DNA from: Promethearchaeota archaeon
GTDB taxonomy: Archaea > Asgardarchaeota > Lokiarchaeia > Sigyniarchaeales > SOKP01
Direction: 5' to 3'
DNA: 29,566 nt
NCBI GenBank assembly: GCA_019058015.1
Contig: JAHLWH010000016.1
Location: forward strand, 1-29,566
Shown: positions 19,551 through 27,974 of the stretch, piece by piece
Layout of the letters: each line of letters starts with the position of its first letter
How positions within the stretch are numbered: position 1 is the stretch's first letter
Notes under the pieces: generated by a model
Told to the model about the DNA's origin: nothing
The model's database searches: none
What the model saw: only the letters and a program-made list of their open reading frames with translations
Program-made: the position numbers and the translations under genes

Positions 19551-20543
19551 ATGAATTTAGAACTGATTATTCTTGGCTCAAGTGGAGCTATTCCGGTAAA
19601 AGATAGGAATTTACCCGGTATTTCAATTAGATATAATTCTGAGATTATTCTATTTGATTGTGGTGAGGATATTCAAAGAAGATTTCAGCAAGCTGGATTA
19701 AAGTTCAACATCCCATTGACAATTTTTATTTCTCATATGCATGGAGATCATGTTATTGGCTTACCGGGTTTATTATTTAATTTTTCTTTAAAGGATAGAG
19801 ATGCACCGGTCAAAATTTATGGACCTCCATCTATATTTTTATATCTTTTCTTACATAAAAAAATTTTGGGGTTATATACTCCATACGATTTGGAAGTAAA
19901 TGAAATTGATTTAAAAAAATCAAAAATTACAAGATATAAAGGTTTACAATCGGATATAAAAAAAAAAGAAATTGATATTATTGATAATATTCTTTTTGAA
20001 AATAAAAGATATATAATAAAATCTACAATGGTAGAACATTCGGTTCTAACATATGCATTTTCATTTGTAGAAAAACCAAGATTTGGTAAATTTAATCCGG
20101 AGAAAGCAAAGGAACTTAATATACCAGAAGGATATCTTTGGAAAAAATTACATAATGGGGAAGAAATAAAATTTAAAGGAAAAATAATAAATCCTGAAAT
20201 AGAAGGAATTGTTGGACCAAAAAAACCTGGGAGAAAGATAACATATTCAGCAGATACTACACCTTGTGAATCCTTAATCGAGTTGGGCAAAAATTCAGAT
20301 ATCTTGATTCACGAAGCTACATATGACAAATCGCTTAATGATGTTGCTAAAGAAAAAAAGCATTCAACAACCATTGATGCTGCCGAAATGGCTAAGAAAA
20401 TGAATGTAAAACAACTAATTTTATTCCATTTCTCTTCAAGATATAATAACGATAAATCTATTGATCTTTTAATAAATGAAGCCAAAAAAATATTCGAAAA
20501 TACAATTGGAGCCTATGATTTATTAAGAATTGAATTAAAGTGA
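19551..20543 (+). CDS. rnz: Ribonuclease Z (tRNase Z)
   Basis: LFDCGE, HMHGDH metallo-beta-lactamase motif, flexible arm (GKFNPEKAKELNIPEG...), YSADT, IHEATY, HST and LFHFSSRY. Confidence 0.95.
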   Translation: MNLELIILGSSGAIPVKDRNLPGISIRYNSEIILFDCGEDIQRRFQQAGLKFNIPLTIFISHMHGDHVIGLPGLLFNFSLKDRDAPVKIYGPPSIFLYLFLHKKILGLYTPYDLEVNEIDLKKSKITRYKGLQSDIKKKEIDIIDNILFENKRYIIKSTMVEHSVLTYAFSFVEKPRFGKFNPEKAKELNIPEGYLWKKLHNGEEIKFKGKIINPEIEGIVGPKKPGRKITYSADTTPCESLIELGKNSDILIHEATYDKSLNDVAKEKKHSTTIDAAEMAKKMNVKQLILFHFSSRYNNDKSIDLLINEAKKIFENTIGAYDLLRIELK

Positions 20544-20632
20544 AAAAAAATTTAAAGTAAAATAAAATTTTTTAATATCGATTAAAAAAATTGTTTAAAA
20601 TTTTAATAATATAAAAATGAGGATGATATATT

Positions 20633-21124
20633 TTGAAACCAGAAGATTTAATATGCTATTGCGGAGTTCATTGCGGAACGTGTGCAAGATGGCATGAAAA
20701 CTCAATATTCATGAAACTTACAATACTTCTTGCAGAATTAGTAGATGGTCATGGATTTCACTATTGGATGCCTGATATAGTCGAGGAATTTGATTATTAT
20801 GAATTTAGGAAAGCCCTAGATTTTATGAGTAAGAAAGAGAATTGGTTTATTTGCAAAAAAGGCTGTAAAAAAGGGGATGGAAATCCAAATTGTGAAATAA
20901 GAGAATGTTGCCAAAAACAAAAACTTGATGTATGCTTTGATTGTAGTAAGTTTCCATGCGATAAGGTTAAAGGAAATTTAGAAATGATTGAACGTGCAGA
21001 AGAATATAGAAAGAGAGGAAAAGAAGAATGGTTTAACCAACAGATTGAAAAGATAAATAAAGGATATGAACATCACACTAAAAAATATTACCAGATTTGG
21101 GCACAAAATTATCTGTTAAAATAG
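20633..21124 (+). CDS. Cys-rich DUF3795-like metal-binding protein
   Basis: CYCGVHCGTC, C..GC and CEIRECC...CFDC..FPC pattern. Confidence 0.8.
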   Translation: MKPEDLICYCGVHCGTCARWHENSIFMKLTILLAELVDGHGFHYWMPDIVEEFDYYEFRKALDFMSKKENWFICKKGCKKGDGNPNCEIRECCQKQKLDVCFDCSKFPCDKVKGNLEMIERAEEYRKRGKEEWFNQQIEKINKGYEHHTKKYYQIWAQNYLLK

Positions 21125-21206
21125 AAAAAATATATTTTATGCTGTGATTAAAAATTTTATCAACTACCTATTACCTTAAAAAGAAGAAAAATTAAAGAAC
21201 TTATAT

Positions 21207-21425
21207 TTAGGCGCCACCGGCGATATTTGGGAGTATAATAACTTCGTCTGTTGCTTTTATTATAGTATCTTTGTCAGCTTTCTTGCCGTTGACTAATATA
21301 CCAAAAAATTTACTTTCTAGGTTTAATTCTTTTAGTAGAGCTGCGACTGTTAATTGTTTTTCTACTTTAAATGAGGTATATGTACCTGTTTCAATAATTT
21401 CCGGAATTTGTTCCATTTTTAACAT
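21207..21425 (-). CDS. ThiS/MoaD (SAMP-like) ubiquitin-fold protein ending in GG-A
   Basis: LTVAALLKEL, ILVNGK and DEVIILPNIAGGA beta-grasp sulfur-carrier pattern. Confidence 0.88.
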   Translation of the reverse strand: MLKMEQIPEIIETGTYTSFKVEKQLTVAALLKELNLESKFFGILVNGKKADKDTIIKATDEVIILPNIAGGA

Positions 21426-21597
21426 TTTTTTTTTATTTTTCTAATATCTAATATAAATATTATCCTTAAAAAATTTTCGTTTCAAAATTTCAAAATTGTT
21501 AAATTAAGGTAATGATAATCTTTTTTAGTTATATAAAATTTCTTTTAATTAAGATTTACAGTTTTCTTACGGGACGATTCAAATTTCTGAAAAATAT

Positions 21598-23238
21598 ATG
21601 GAAGACACTTTAGAAGTAGAAGATCAGATTCAAGTGTTTATCGATCAAATTTTAACTTCGGAAAATAAAGAAAATAAAAAGTTCTTAATTTTAGAATTAA
21701 TAAAATTTATCTCCACTGAAGCCAAAAAGATTGCAGAAATGGGAGACTTTTTTGAAGCTGCTGAAATTTTATCATCTACAGCAAATTTATTGGAAGAAAT
21801 AGATCATGATATTGCAAAAGAACTCTTAAAGAATGCGATGAAATATTGGGATAGACAAATAGAGACTTGCAAAAAACAAGCTAAATTTCTTGAAATTGCT
21901 GAATTATACATTAAACAATCAGATAAATATCGTGACTTTTTTAGGAATACAAAGAAAGAGAAAGAAAATCTCCTTTATGCTATTCAATTTCTAAATCATG
22001 AAGCCGATGTTCGTCTTGAATTCAATGAGTTAGAAGCAGTTGCTCGAACATTTCAAAATATCGCGAATTTATACAACCGGATTTCAAATTTTAGGAAAGC
22101 AATTAAGTTTAACAAAATGGCAATTAAGCTTGCTAAGGAGCACGGCTATTACCACATCCTTCAATATACCTATCAACAATTATTTTCATGTTTTTCTGAG
22201 ATAGGCGATTACAATTCAGCTAAAGAAATTGTATTAGTTGGAATTGAATATTTCGCTTCTGAGGCTTTAAAATATGAGCAAAAGGACATTCTCAACCTAA
22301 ATTTGTCCGCACTTTACCAAATTATAAAAAAATTATATTTTATGCTTAATGATACGGATAACTATGTCTCTTATGCAAAAAAAGAAGCGAGCACATACAT
22401 AAGCATTGCACAATCCCTAGGAAATGATCCTACTGATGCAGAAAAAAAAGGAACTCTATATCGCGGAGCAGCATTATGTTATAATGAAATACAAAATAAT
22501 TTAATCGAGTGCGCCTCCTGTTTTTTCCTAGCTGGAAATTTCTTTCATTCAATAGAAAAAAACAGTGATGCAGCAGAAAATTATAATAATGCAGCGATGG
22601 TGTTTGGGCAAATAGGTAATTACCAAAAGGCTTTTGAATTATATGTTAAGGCAGCATTAAATTATCAAAAGATAAATGTTCGAAATAGTCTTGAAAATTT
22701 CTTGAATGCTTATGATCTTACTCTTAATGAGGATATTGAGTTCAATAGAAATGAACTATATAATTATCTTATTCAAGGATTAAATCAATACGCCAAAGAG
22801 AAAATAAGAACAAAAGAGTTCTACTCAGCAGCAACATCTATTTTAGAAAGTCTTAAATTTTACTCAAATCTTGATAGTGAGCGTTTTAATCCAGAGATAT
22901 TTGCAGAAATGGTTAAGAGGGCTTCGAAGAATTACTATAAAGCAGCGAGTTTTAAAAATATACGACCGCGAAATATACGCTATGCTTATTTCCTCTCTGC
23001 TTTAGGTCATCTTTTATTAAAAAAAATTGATGAAGCTAAAAATATTATGAAAGAAGTAAATACGAATGGTAGCCGAGTGGAGAAATATAAAGCAATTGTA
23101 AATCAAATCATTGAATGGATTAAAGAAGATAAAGTAATTTTAATATCGGATTTTCCCGCAAACATACGAAAGTTTATTTTGCGATACAACGAAGTTAAGT
23201 ACATTATTTCTTTATTTGAAAATATTTATGATTCATAA
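21598..23238 (+). CDS. Large TPR/alpha-solenoid protein (alpha-SNAP-like repeats)
   Basis: Repeated helical hairpins such as GDFFEAAEIL, NIANLY..ISNFRKAIKF, AASCFFLAGNFF and AAENYNNAAMVFGQIGNYQKAFELY. No signal peptide or TM segment. Confidence 0.8.
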   Translation: MEDTLEVEDQIQVFIDQILTSENKENKKFLILELIKFISTEAKKIAEMGDFFEAAEILSSTANLLEEIDHDIAKELLKNAMKYWDRQIETCKKQAKFLEIAELYIKQSDKYRDFFRNTKKEKENLLYAIQFLNHEADVRLEFNELEAVARTFQNIANLYNRISNFRKAIKFNKMAIKLAKEHGYYHILQYTYQQLFSCFSEIGDYNSAKEIVLVGIEYFASEALKYEQKDILNLNLSALYQIIKKLYFMLNDTDNYVSYAKKEASTYISIAQSLGNDPTDAEKKGTLYRGAALCYNEIQNNLIECASCFFLAGNFFHSIEKNSDAAENYNNAAMVFGQIGNYQKAFELYVKAALNYQKINVRNSLENFLNAYDLTLNEDIEFNRNELYNYLIQGLNQYAKEKIRTKEFYSAATSILESLKFYSNLDSERFNPEIFAEMVKRASKNYYKAASFKNIRPRNIRYAYFLSALGHLLLKKIDEAKNIMKEVNTNGSRVEKYKAIVNQIIEWIKEDKVILISDFPANIRKFILRYNEVKYIISLFENIYDS

Positions 23239-23273
23239 TTCTTTTTAATCTTTTTTTGAAAAATTCAAGTTCT

Positions 23274-23321
23274 TTAAATATAAATTTTAAGAATGGATAG
23301 CGTGCAAAAGTAAATTTGCAC
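23274..23321 (+). promoter_or_regulatory. Putative TATA box and palindromic operator of the small-peptide gene
   Basis: TTTAAATATAAA at about 23274-23284, followed by the perfect inverted repeat GTGCAAA-N6-TTTGCAC at 23302-23321. Confidence 0.5.
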
Positions 23322-23343
23322 TAACTAACATTAGGGTGATTAT

Positions 23344-23454
23344 TTGAATAAAAAAAGTATAATTGCATTGGCAATCTTATTAGCGGTTGCATACGGAATT
23401 AATATGTCCATGGCAGGAGTGGCTATTCCTGGCTGTGCTGATGGAGTTCCGTAA
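23344..23454 (+). CDS. 36-aa putative secreted peptide precursor MNKKSIIALAILLAVAYGINMSMAGVAIPGCADGVP
   Basis: TTG start just after AGGGTGAT (archaeal SD). Basic n-region, hydrophobic h-region and S-M-A cleavage motif. The ORF is GC-richer than its AT-rich flanks, and a T-rich tract follows the TAA. Confidence 0.75.
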   Translation: MNKKSIIALAILLAVAYGINMSMAGVAIPGCADGVP

Positions 23455-23471
23455 GTAATTCAAGCTGATAA

Positions 23472-23500
23472 GTTATTATTTTTCTTTTTTTTATTTTATA
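23472..23500 (+). terminator. T-rich archaeal-type terminator after the small-peptide gene
   Basis: TTATTATTTTTCTTTTTTTTATTTTATA begins about 18 nt after the stop codon. Confidence 0.45.
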
Positions 23501-23737
23501 TCAATTTTATTCAACATAATTACTTTTATATTTAAACTTAAAACCAAAAATATCAAAAAATCCTATCAACAATTAAAATTATTCTTGAGACTCATTAAGA
23601 AATCCAATTATAAATTATAATGATTTTTAAGAGGTGGGTAGGAGATGGGAAAGGTTCTGATAATGTTTTTCAATTAGAAGGTTTTTATTTAATTAATCAC
23701 AGAAGAAATATATTAAAAAAAATAAGGTTGATGTCTT

Positions 23738-25114
23738 TTGCATGGACCAGTAGAACCGTTTAAAATTAAAGTGGTTGAGCCCGTTAATATACCATCTGAG
23801 AAAAGAAGAAAAGAAGCAATAAGAGAAGCAGGATTTAATACTTTTCTACTTTTGTCAGAAGATGTTTTTATTGATTTACTTACAGATTCGGGAACATCCG
23901 CAATGTCTGATAACCAATGGGCGGGAATGATGCTCGGAGATGAGGCTTATGCGGGAAGTAAAAATTTTTACATCCTAGAAAAAGCAGTGCAAGATGTCTT
24001 GGGTTATGATTATATGGTACCCACGCATCAAGGGAGAGGCGCCGAGCATTTGATGTCTAAAAATTTAATTAAACCAGGTCAGCTAGTTCCAAGAAATATG
24101 TATTTTACAACTTCAAAATTGCATGTAGAATTACCTGGTGGCACTATGCCAGACATAATCATTGATGAGGCGCATGATCCAGAAAACACACATCCATTTA
24201 AAGGAAACATTGATCTAAATAAATTACAGAAATTGATTGACGAACATGGAGTTGAAAAAATCGCCTATATAAATGTTGAAATGGATGTAAATATGGCTGG
24301 AGGCCAACCTGTTTCAATGCAAAATTTGGGGGAAGTATATGAATTCGCTAAAGAGCATAAATTAAAGGTCATTTTTGACGCAACGCGTTCAAGTGAAAAT
24401 GCATACTTTATAAGAGAAAGAGAAAAAGGATATGAAGATACTCCTATTATTGATATTCTCAGAGAAATGATGAGTTATTCTGATGGTTGTATTTATTCTG
24501 CGAAGAAAGATTGTCTAGTGAACATTGGTGGCTTTCTTGCAACTCATGACAAGGAAATTTTTGAAAAAACCAGATCTGAAGTTGTTGTGTACGAGGGTCT
24601 TCACACATACGGTGGAATGGCGGGGCGTGATATGGAAGCTGTAGCAAGAGGTTTGCGGGAAGGGACCCAATATGAATACCTTAAATATAGAATTAACCAA
24701 ACACGATTTTTTGGAGAGTTACTCATAAAAGAAAACATTCCTGTTGTGAAGCCAATAGGTGGTCATGCAGTATTTCTTAATGCTTTAAAGTTTTTACCCC
24801 ATATACCACGGGAGCAATGGCCTGCACAAACGCTTTCGGCTGCAATATACGAAGACTCGGGTGTCAGGTCCATGGAGCGTGGAGCAGTTTCAAAAGGAAG
24901 AGATAAAATTACAGGTGAAAATATCTTTCCCAAGTTAGAATTAGTTCGACTTACTATTCCCCGTAGAGTTTATACAAATACACATATGGAATACACCGCA
25001 AAATCAATCATAAGGCTTTATGAAAAGAAAGATACAATTCCAGGATTAAAAATGGTTCATGAGCCAAAGTATCTTAGGTTCTTTCAGTCAAGGTTTGAAC
25101 AAGTTAACCTTTAA
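23738..25114 (+). CDS. tpl: Tyrosine phenol-lyase (beta-eliminating lyase, PLP-dependent)
   Basis: IDLLTDSGT, GDEAYAGS and SAKKD (PLP Lys). TPL-type specificity motifs NTFLL, NMYFTT, RSMERG and LRFF are present instead of the tryptophanase-type NPFLL, FDTT, VEIG and LRHF. Confidence 0.9.
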   Translation: MHGPVEPFKIKVVEPVNIPSEKRRKEAIREAGFNTFLLLSEDVFIDLLTDSGTSAMSDNQWAGMMLGDEAYAGSKNFYILEKAVQDVLGYDYMVPTHQGRGAEHLMSKNLIKPGQLVPRNMYFTTSKLHVELPGGTMPDIIIDEAHDPENTHPFKGNIDLNKLQKLIDEHGVEKIAYINVEMDVNMAGGQPVSMQNLGEVYEFAKEHKLKVIFDATRSSENAYFIREREKGYEDTPIIDILREMMSYSDGCIYSAKKDCLVNIGGFLATHDKEIFEKTRSEVVVYEGLHTYGGMAGRDMEAVARGLREGTQYEYLKYRINQTRFFGELLIKENIPVVKPIGGHAVFLNALKFLPHIPREQWPAQTLSAAIYEDSGVRSMERGAVSKGRDKITGENIFPKLELVRLTIPRRVYTNTHMEYTAKSIIRLYEKKDTIPGLKMVHEPKYLRFFQSRFEQVNL

Positions 25115-25127
25115 AATCTTATAGTCC

Positions 25128-26003
25128 TTAAGATCTTAAAGCCCCTAAAGCACTAACCATATCATTATATTTCAGAAAATAGGGCTTTATTTTTTGCATT
25201 TTACACATTATACTAATAATTCGCTTAAAAATTGAGTTATTTTTTAAAAACCCCCCGCTAAAGATGATATTTTTCACTTTTCTATTTTGCGAGTAAAGAA
25301 TTAATTGAGAAGCTATGTTTTCTGTTATGATAGAAACGATGGAATTAATCACATCTTCCTTTTTATAGCTAATGTCATTAAAAAGAGTAACTTTTCCAAA
25401 GGAAGAGGCTGTAAATTGACGAAACAATGGATCTACCCGATCATCTTCTTCTTCATATATATCACCGACTTTTAAATCCACATTATATGGGTTTCCTTTC
25501 TTAGCAATATTTATAGCCTCATCAAAATCATCCAAATTATAAAGTAATTTTATTAACCCCATAAAAGTTCCTCCACCTAAAGCGGAACCACCAATTCTTT
25601 CAAAAATTCTTCTGTCTTCTTGTGATTTTATGTGCAACATAGAGGTTCCTGTGCCCACTGAAATAAAAAGCATATCTAAGGGCATTTTCTTCTCATTTAA
25701 TTCAAATAAAACTTCTACTCCACGACATTGTGCTTCAAATTCATTGATTAATTGACAATTCTTATCCTTATTGAAATTCTTATAAATTTTAAATGCCTTT
25801 CCTCCGGTTAAATTTATTTTAAATTCTTGATTTTCGTTTAAAAATTTATAAATTTCATTGTAATTTGTTAGAAAACTTTTAAATATAAGTTTATCATCTT
25901 TAACATAGCTGATTTTAGTGAGAGAAGCACCTGCATCAATTCCCAATTTACCTTTTAATGTATTTGCTAGAGTAATAGTTAAATTAATAATTTGCTCACT
26001 CAA
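25128..26003 (-). CDS. coaW: Type II pantothenate kinase (CoaW/fumble family)
   Basis: GIDAGASLTK, NEF, SVGTGTS, GGSALGGGTFMGL, VDLKVGDIY and TASSFGK motifs. Confidence 0.9.
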   Translation of the reverse strand: MSEQIINLTITLANTLKGKLGIDAGASLTKISYVKDDKLIFKSFLTNYNEIYKFLNENQEFKINLTGGKAFKIYKNFNKDKNCQLINEFEAQCRGVEVLFELNEKKMPLDMLFISVGTGTSMLHIKSQEDRRIFERIGGSALGGGTFMGLIKLLYNLDDFDEAINIAKKGNPYNVDLKVGDIYEEEDDRVDPLFRQFTASSFGKVTLFNDISYKKEDVINSIVSIITENIASQLILYSQNRKVKNIIFSGGFLKNNSIFKRIISIMCKMQKIKPYFLKYNDMVSALGALRS

Positions 26004-26102
26004 TTTAAAAAACCATTAAAAATACTTTATTGATTGAACTATTACTATAATTACAATTAATATATTTTATTATAAAAAAAGATAAAAGAAAAGTAATAAA
26101 AA

Positions 26103-27551
26103 TTATCTTTCGGCAAATTCTGCCATATCTTTTGCTGGATCCCAACGTTTTTTCATGAAATCTGGAATTCCTGAGGAATCTCTTGGTCCTACAATGCAAA
26201 CACAATTAGAATCATCTTCTATTGCTCCCGATAAGCGTGCCCCCATACCAGGAATAACTATAATGCGATGCTTGACCTTTTCAAAAGGTTTATATTCTTC
26301 AATCGCCTCCGCAATAGCAGTACTTGAATATTGTCCTCCTGCTACAGCGGATTCAACACCTATACCTCCAGTATCGACAGCCAATAAATATGCATCTATA
26401 TTTGCTGATTTAATATCTTCACGTACGGGATAGACTGTCATACGATAATTAGTTGTGCAGAATATGGGAGCATCTTCACCTGGCTCACCAATTTGTTCAA
26501 GACCAGGATCTATCGCGGGGTACACCCGCGGATCGCTAAAGACGTTCTGTCTGAAGGTCAAGATTGCTAACAGCGCCCAAATATCTTCCTTTTTTTTACC
26601 CGTATGGCAAATTACCAAAGATGTATCAATAGCTGCCATAATACACGCCATAATCATTTCTTTATATTGAAATTTCCATAAATCTTTTTCGTTTTTAACT
26701 TTTATATCTTTCCATAACGCTGCTGGGACACCCATAATCGGCCATCCAGAATTTTCATCGCCACTATTAATACCAGCTAACCTCAGTTGAACAATATTAT
26801 CAAAAGTATTCGATACATTACCTTCAGCAAAAAAGGTTCCCGGATCCAAGACAATTTCTCTTACTCCCATCTTTTGTAGAGATGCGGAGATTGAAATCAA
26901 TTCATTAATATCATTTGAGAAGCATACAACAGGCAAGTCTTCATCAAATGCAAATGAACCAATTTTTTCCCAGCTTTCTTTTGTCACAGCATAAAGCAGT
27001 GGTTTTTTATTCTTTATTTCTGCAGCAGCAGCGAGAAGTATATCTGGATTAAAACAACATAATATGACGGATATATCTGAATTTTCCACTACTGTTTTAG
27101 CAGCGGTTTTAAAAGATTCTGCGTCATTGGATACGCATTTTAATGCAATTGCGTTTAGTTTTAAATCATCACCAAGTCTTGAAATCACTATTCCAGTCAA
27201 ATATTTTACGGTATCTATGAGATCTTCAGCATTATCATCAAGCGTGATTGCAATAGCCATTTCATTATAGAAAGTTAGAGAATGTCTATATATAACTTCT
27301 TCCCCACCAATTGTGCATAATCTTTCACCAACTCCGAATTCTACTGGCTTCTGTGGAGGTGTTGTTATTTCTATTAATTTTCTCAGATTTTTAGCTTGCT
27401 TTGGACGTTGAAGATGCGGACAATCACTTAATTTTTTTTTTCTTTCAAGTAGTTCAGTTGAAAATGCCATACACGTCTCCAGCCCACATTCTTTGCAATT
27501 ACTCTTATCGAGAAATTTATAAATTTCAAGCGGACTTGCTCTTTTTACCAT
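26103..27551 (-). CDS. cdhE: Acetyl-CoA decarbonylase/synthase gamma subunit (corrinoid Fe-S protein large subunit)
   Basis: N-terminal CKECGLETCMAF...CP [4Fe-4S] motif, plus IGGEEVIYRH, NVFSDPR, TTNY and VGPRDSSGIP. GGAG SD upstream. Confidence 0.94.
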   Translation of the reverse strand: MVKRASPLEIYKFLDKSNCKECGLETCMAFSTELLERKKKLSDCPHLQRPKQAKNLRKLIEITTPPQKPVEFGVGERLCTIGGEEVIYRHSLTFYNEMAIAITLDDNAEDLIDTVKYLTGIVISRLGDDLKLNAIALKCVSNDAESFKTAAKTVVENSDISVILCCFNPDILLAAAAEIKNKKPLLYAVTKESWEKIGSFAFDEDLPVVCFSNDINELISISASLQKMGVREIVLDPGTFFAEGNVSNTFDNIVQLRLAGINSGDENSGWPIMGVPAALWKDIKVKNEKDLWKFQYKEMIMACIMAAIDTSLVICHTGKKKEDIWALLAILTFRQNVFSDPRVYPAIDPGLEQIGEPGEDAPIFCTTNYRMTVYPVREDIKSANIDAYLLAVDTGGIGVESAVAGGQYSSTAIAEAIEEYKPFEKVKHRIIVIPGMGARLSGAIEDDSNCVCIVGPRDSSGIPDFMKKRWDPAKDMAEFAER

Positions 27552-27974
27552 TTTTTCTTACTCCAATCGTTTTTTAAAGTATTTTTTTGATATGATCTAA
27601 TGTTTAAAATAAAATTAGATAAAATAAATAACTTTTTAAAAAATCCATAAAAAAATTTCTGAATTACAAAATAAATTTTCCCTTATGTTTATTATGTTTA
27701 CATTTAGAACTTAGGATAAGTATTCAATTACTAAAATGTAAATTAAATAAATACATATATCTATTCATTTAATATTCTTAAAAATCAAAATTGGAATTTA
27801 TAAATAAAAATATCGAATTATTATAGCAATTAGGAAATTATTTATTCCTTTTTTTTTCAAGAAGGAAAAAAAAATATTATACGTAATTTATTCTTGAAGA
27901 ATATTTTTCTATAATTTAATTAAGTTCAGGGCTTGCCGTTTTTATTAATTCTCTTATAATATTTAAGTAGACAG

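Noticed and set aside
6113-20290. Remaining 60-157 aa ORFs nested in or opposite to longer genes (e.g. 9986-10282, 12975-13286, 15918-16247, 18596-18934, 19817-20290)
   Set aside because: They overlap well-supported genes and have the F/S/I/L-rich composition typical of antisense frames in AT-rich DNA.
23344-23454. Small ORF as a TnaC-like leader peptide (ends Pro-stop, about 280 nt upstream of a TnaA-family gene)
   Set aside because: It has no Trp or TnaC-like residues, it has a clear signal-peptide architecture, and the downstream enzyme is TPL-type.
23738-25114. Annotation as tryptophanase tnaA
   Set aside because: The specificity residues match tyrosine phenol-lyase.
24459-27270. Short ORFs overlapping tpl and cdhE, including 26005-26205
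   Set aside because: Shadow ORFs without independent start signals or motifs.
27552-27974. Long AT-rich intergenic region with weak inverted repeats (TTCAAGAA...TTCTTGAA, TTCCTT...AAGGAA) as an ncRNA, origin or SECIS
   Set aside because: The stems are short and AT-dominated, as expected by chance at this composition. There are no ORB-like repeats and no Sec-containing gene nearby.
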